This document shows, piece after piece, positions 59,201-64,000 of a DNA stretch of 64,000 nucleotides. The notes below the pieces were generated by a model. It worked only from the letters and a program-made list of their open reading frames with translations, did no database searches and had not been told where the DNA came from. This stretch comes from Orbicella franksi (lineage: Eukaryota): contig OZ116701.1 of NCBI GenBank assembly GCA_964199315.1, positions 868,001 through 932,000 of the forward strand, in the 5' to 3' direction. How positions within the stretch are numbered: the first letter of the stretch is position 1; the number at the start of each line of letters is the position of its first letter. A program made the translations under genes and the position numbers.

Positions 59201-60724
59201 TTGTCCAAAACAACTTGTTTCCCTACTTGACTGTAGATTGGAAATAAAAGTTAGGGAGAAAATTCGTCTTCACCAGCAACAAAATTATAAAATTAAATTT
59301 CTATAACAAGTGAAACTTTCCTGTTCTTGGACGCAGAGCTGTTAACAGTATTAACCTTTCACCGCAGATTTTATGATCGTTTTTCCGAATAAAACATGAC
59401 AAAAGGCTATTAGGTAAGCCTTGAATCTACTGAACCACACACAAATAAATTAGCAACAACAATTTCTAAATTGAGCGTAATTTCTTCTAAATATTTGGCT
59501 GTTAAAAAGTATTGAATGCTTGCTACAAAACCATTTACAAGTTTTACTAAAACAGTTTATTATTGATATACAGCAAAAAAACATTTTCCAAGAAAAAAGA
59601 AATTATTCACTTAAGAAAGTCCCAGTTGTTTGTGCAATAAACAAACTGAATGCAAACTTAATTTCATCTCACAAATTTTGAGGCTACAAAAACAAGCAAA
59701 ACTTATCCGTTTTGCTGTAAAATGTTGATTGTTTACCATAAGCAGTAAACCAAGGGCTAATGTAGTTACACATAACCACAAAACTAGACGTTACAAACCA
59801 GTGTTTGCGTCAACTTGCAATCAAGCACGTTTGAGAAAACTAATTTGATAAATTATCACGGAGAGTGAAAGAGCTTTATAACACAGAACATCGTAAGTAT
59901 TACTTCAAATCAACAGTAACGAAACACCTATACACTGAGTAGTTGCTGCAACATGTGGGCATCAAAACACGCGCGTGCCAACACCCCAAAACAAATACAC
60001 GATTCCTCTCTTGTGCGGCAGCGTCAGACTAACAGTGAATGGCTTGGGTACGAGACTGGTATTGACATCAAACTGTATAACGTCACAAAAATGGAAAAAT
60101 CTAAATCATTTCGGCTTCCTTCCTTTAGAGATAAGGGACAGCTTATCACAGAACGCTCTTTATAAATACATAATCCGTTATTTCCACTCTATCAACCGAT
60201 GTTTAAGCACAGAACGTCCTCAAATGTGAAATTAAAGTGAATGGGATGATGGCTTATGATGCAGTCTTATTTCTTGCGAAACGTTCGTTCGCTAATAACT
60301 TCGTTACGAACATTCCATTCCAAGTTCCACTCTCGAATCATCGCCAGCTTATGATGAACTGCAACACAGGTCGGATCATAAAAAAATCGAACAGTTCACG
60401 GGCACTTCTGTTCGCAAGACCATTTCCATACTTTTTCTTAACCATTATTTTCTTTTTCCAGATCCAAAAAAAGAAACTTTCCACCTTTTCACAATCTGAT
60501 AAGGTTGATGCTTGATCGTTGCAAAGCCTGGCAGTCTTTGGAACCAAAATCTAGCCATGAAGCACAAGAAAGAATAGTAACTGCGATGAAATAGTAAAAA
60601 TTCAATTTGGACAAAAAATTAAAGTACTTTTCGAGGTCATTCCAGAACATAATTCTAATTTTTCAAGGACTCAATCCACCAAAAAAATACCATTAGAATG
60701 TGACACTAGATGCTCAGACACAAA

Positions 60725-60766
60725 GCCGCCATCTTGAATTTGAAGTACGTCAGTGGCCGCCATCTT
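60725..60766 (-). promoter_or_regulatory. Two AAGATGGCGGC (YY1-type) motifs 31 bp apart; candidate promoter or first exon
   Basis: GCCGCCATCTT at 60725-60735 and 60756-60766, with a TGACGT half-CRE between them. Confidence 0.35.
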
Positions 60767-63700
60767 ACCGCATTCCATAGCACTGTAGAGAGATGTCTTA
60801 TGTCTGAAACTACTGAGAACTTTTACACACCGAGATGATCAAATACTCAGAAGAGTTTCCTACACACTCAACGAACTTAAGGTCTTAAATAACTTCGAAA
60901 CGATGTAAAAACTGTAGATTAAACACTTTTAATATGGCAGACGATTGAAGAGGCTCGAAGAAAGAAATATACATCGAATAACCGCGATTTAACAGTTTCA
61001 TTTCGAAGTTATTCGAAGTGTGTCGAGTGTGTATAAAAGACGACATGTCTTATTCTTCTCGTCAACGCTACAATGCTCCTGCTGGCTGTTTTGCATCTAA
61101 TCTCACATTACAGTCATTTAAAATCGTTTTAAAACTGCCCGTTTTCCACTCGTGACTCAAAGAATCTGGGTAGGACACTAAGATACCGTAAATATTTAAG
61201 TCGAAATTGCTATAATTAGCTTTCAAGTCATGATATGAAATTAAATCCAACATTTAACAGCAGGTGAGAGAACTGAGGATAAAAAGAGCTCAGCAGCTGT
61301 AAGGGCAAGAAGTAAAATTCTCAGACGTCAATGGAAATCGAAGTCATCTTTGCTACAAAGCTGCAAACGCTCTGTAGCTACTACTGAGATGCGAGGCCAC
61401 TGGGAACTGGTTAAGTGATGCCGGAATACAACACACGATAGTGCATAAAAAGCTTAAAACAAGGAGAATTCGTAAAGACAACGCGATAACTAAAAAAAAT
61501 GTTTTCTTAAACACCTCGAAGAAATACAAATCGTGTTATAGAGGTCTGGTATCGGGTCTGACATGAGAGGCGATTGAACGTGTTTACAAACCTGCTTCAT
61601 AAGGTCAGGTTATGAAACATGTAGGCTGACCCCAAAACAGCTAAAAAATATTACTTCTACATTTGGTACACAAATAGTCGCATATTGAAGGGGTAGTGAA
61701 GATTTTTCAAAAACTCTTAAAAGCAGGTTGGAACAAATTTTTAATACAAAAACATGCTATTTTTTATTACTACTCCACCTACTCTCACTTGTTTCAATAT
61801 GTAATCCCTATGATTCAGCCATCTGCTAAACAGGCTTCAAAAGGCACGTTTCACGCAAAAACTATTCTTTTTATATTTTTCTTTTCTCTTATGCCAATGA
61901 AATACTTAATAATTAACTGGGGAAAATTCATTGTCAAAACATCATAAATTGTACGGGAAATGTAAAACCGATATTGTACGAATGACGAATCAATTTACGC
62001 AATAACAGTTTTTAAGTGTCAGGAAACAAATGCTCTTCAACGAATCACATGGTATTTAAATTCATGCATTATCAACTAGTACATTAGCATGCACAACACG
62101 TACCATAGGAACTCTCATGACATGAAACCAAGCTTTAACGCCTCTTTGGATCATTAACAAATTATCAACAATGCTCCTTGCATAACTTGAACACGTTCGC
62201 GTTGGTCATCCAAACAGACGGGGCACGAAAACCTACACCTGTTTAAGTCGTTCCCGCATACAGCGCACTTTGTCAAAACTATAACTTAACAATTTCACAA
62301 GGGGTAAAAAAACTTTAAGTTAACAGCTTTGATAATTAACAGCAAAAGCGGAAAATTGAAGATTTATTGTCGGTTTTCAGTTTAATTCTCTAGGTTAACC
62401 ACAGGTTTTCTGGAAAAAAAAAAACAATAACTAAATGAAAATAAAAAAAATGTTCCCACTTGAAAACGGATGCAGAAATATCTGCAAACTCGAATTTTCA
62501 ATTCCGCGCTAAGAGTGTTCAACTTCCTATTTCTCCTACACTTGACCATACTTCGTTAAAGAAACCGTGTATGAGAATATTACATAGCCAACTATGGGAC
62601 ATTGTTCTGATGTAAGAACAAGTTCTCCAACCTCGTTACGAGGTTCTCGCTCATTGGCAAACGTCGAAAGCCACGGAGAAAACTACATTTAAATTTTCAA
62701 CTAGAACATTCTCTGCAATATGTCGGCTAAATTACATGCTTTTCACTGTCACATATATCACTGAGGTCGAAAATTTCCAACTACTTTCGAGAAATTAAAG
62801 CCGTGAGAAAAAACGCATACAATCCAGCAAAATTTACAACTTTTCAAAGCGACCTGTTTTAAGTTCTTGCTTGTACTAACTCCAAAGGTCGGAGATAATT
62901 TGCAAAACAATAAAAGAAAAACAACTTAGAATAAAAATGGGGCCTGACAAAAACAAAATCTGCAAAATCATGCTTTAACTTTAGAACCAGGAATAACACG
63001 GACTCCTACGCAACCGAAAAATACAAAATGCTTTGAGAGATGTACCTTTAACGTGCTTTGAAAAATGACAGACGGATATAAATTCTCATCAGTCGAAGTT
63101 GTACTGCGACAATTGTTCTGAATACTGAATCATCTTTCAAACTTCTCCGCATTGTAACGAGGAATAAAGCGCTGGTTTCTCGGAGGACCACGTGATACTT
63201 TGCTAATATTATACGCAAAAAAAAAAAACGCGTGGCGCTGTGAGCTGAAATGAAAATGTTCTAAACACAGGATATTTTTAGCGACACCCTCACGCTGATG
63301 ACATCAGCAATTAAGTCCTCGGCCAATATAACCTGCAAACAATACCGTTATTGACGGATCTGCGGTAGATACGTTAGAAATAAACACCAGTCAAAAAAAA
63401 AAATATATATTAGAACAAAAGTATCTAAGATCTGTTTTAGTTCATTTGTTCTACAACGAATTAAGGTAAAGAACAGTAAATATATTACCTTTAATAACAC
63501 AAAAGTTCTTATCAGAAAAAATCTAATTACTTATCAACAGCCTTCAAATGGCTTAAAGTGGAAATATCAACTAAACTGTCCACTGAAGATGGAAGATACT
63601 TTTTTGTTTATAACGACGCCCAAAGAAAGCGAGGTCCAAGAAAACAGCTATTTTCAAGGTCAAGGTAGCTGATTTGGTAACGTGCTAATAAAAGAAAGCT

Positions 63701-64000
63701 TTATTAATTATTAATTTCACAAGAGCTGGCTTTAATCATGAAAGCCTTAAAAAGGCTCAATGTAGTTGAGTACAGCACGAGTAAAGTAAACAATAGGATT
63801 ACATAAAAGCGAATCTAACTAACAGTTATACAACTGTGCAACTCCGAGAACAACTGTACTGTATTGGAAAGAGATTCTACATGTACTGGATGTATATTCA
63901 CAAAGATGGAAAAAGGCGCTTTTCCAAATTGTAAACGAACAGAACGAACAATCTTGAGTCTAGCAAACAGAAGCACAGTGATTAATGAAACAGCGATATG

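Noticed and set aside
54100-64000. Protein-coding genes in the right-hand 10 kb
   Set aside because: Only short, low-complexity ORFs with no domain motifs or consistent splice chain.

Overview
Eukaryotic, AT-rich animal genomic DNA. The Nav2 paralogues and the repeat families point to an anthozoan cnidarian, probably a stony coral; this taxonomy is inferred, not proven. The window holds two tandem voltage-gated sodium-channel-family (Nav2) alpha-subunit genes, both on the minus strand. Gene A spans 53294 to 30627 with 22 coding exons (5451 nt, 1816 aa as assembled from splice sites) and has a D-K-E-A selectivity filter, the Na+-selective Nav2.5 type. Gene B runs from at least 21396 off the left edge, with 18 exons seen and filter D-E-E-? 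(domain IV is outside the window). There are three minor-spliceosome (U12) introns. One homologous intron is AT-AC in gene A but GT-AG in gene B, and the gene B copy hides a possible poison exon. Gene A has a further AT-AC intron in domain IV. The introns carry a 3.2-kb 5'-truncated L1/Tx1-like LINE, a second LINE 3' end, Penelope-like fragments, tRNA-derived SINEs, MITEs, a 106-bp tandem repeat, and a 293-bp foldback element whose two arms each encode a hammerhead-ribozyme core. No protein-coding gene can be supported in 53.3-64 kb.
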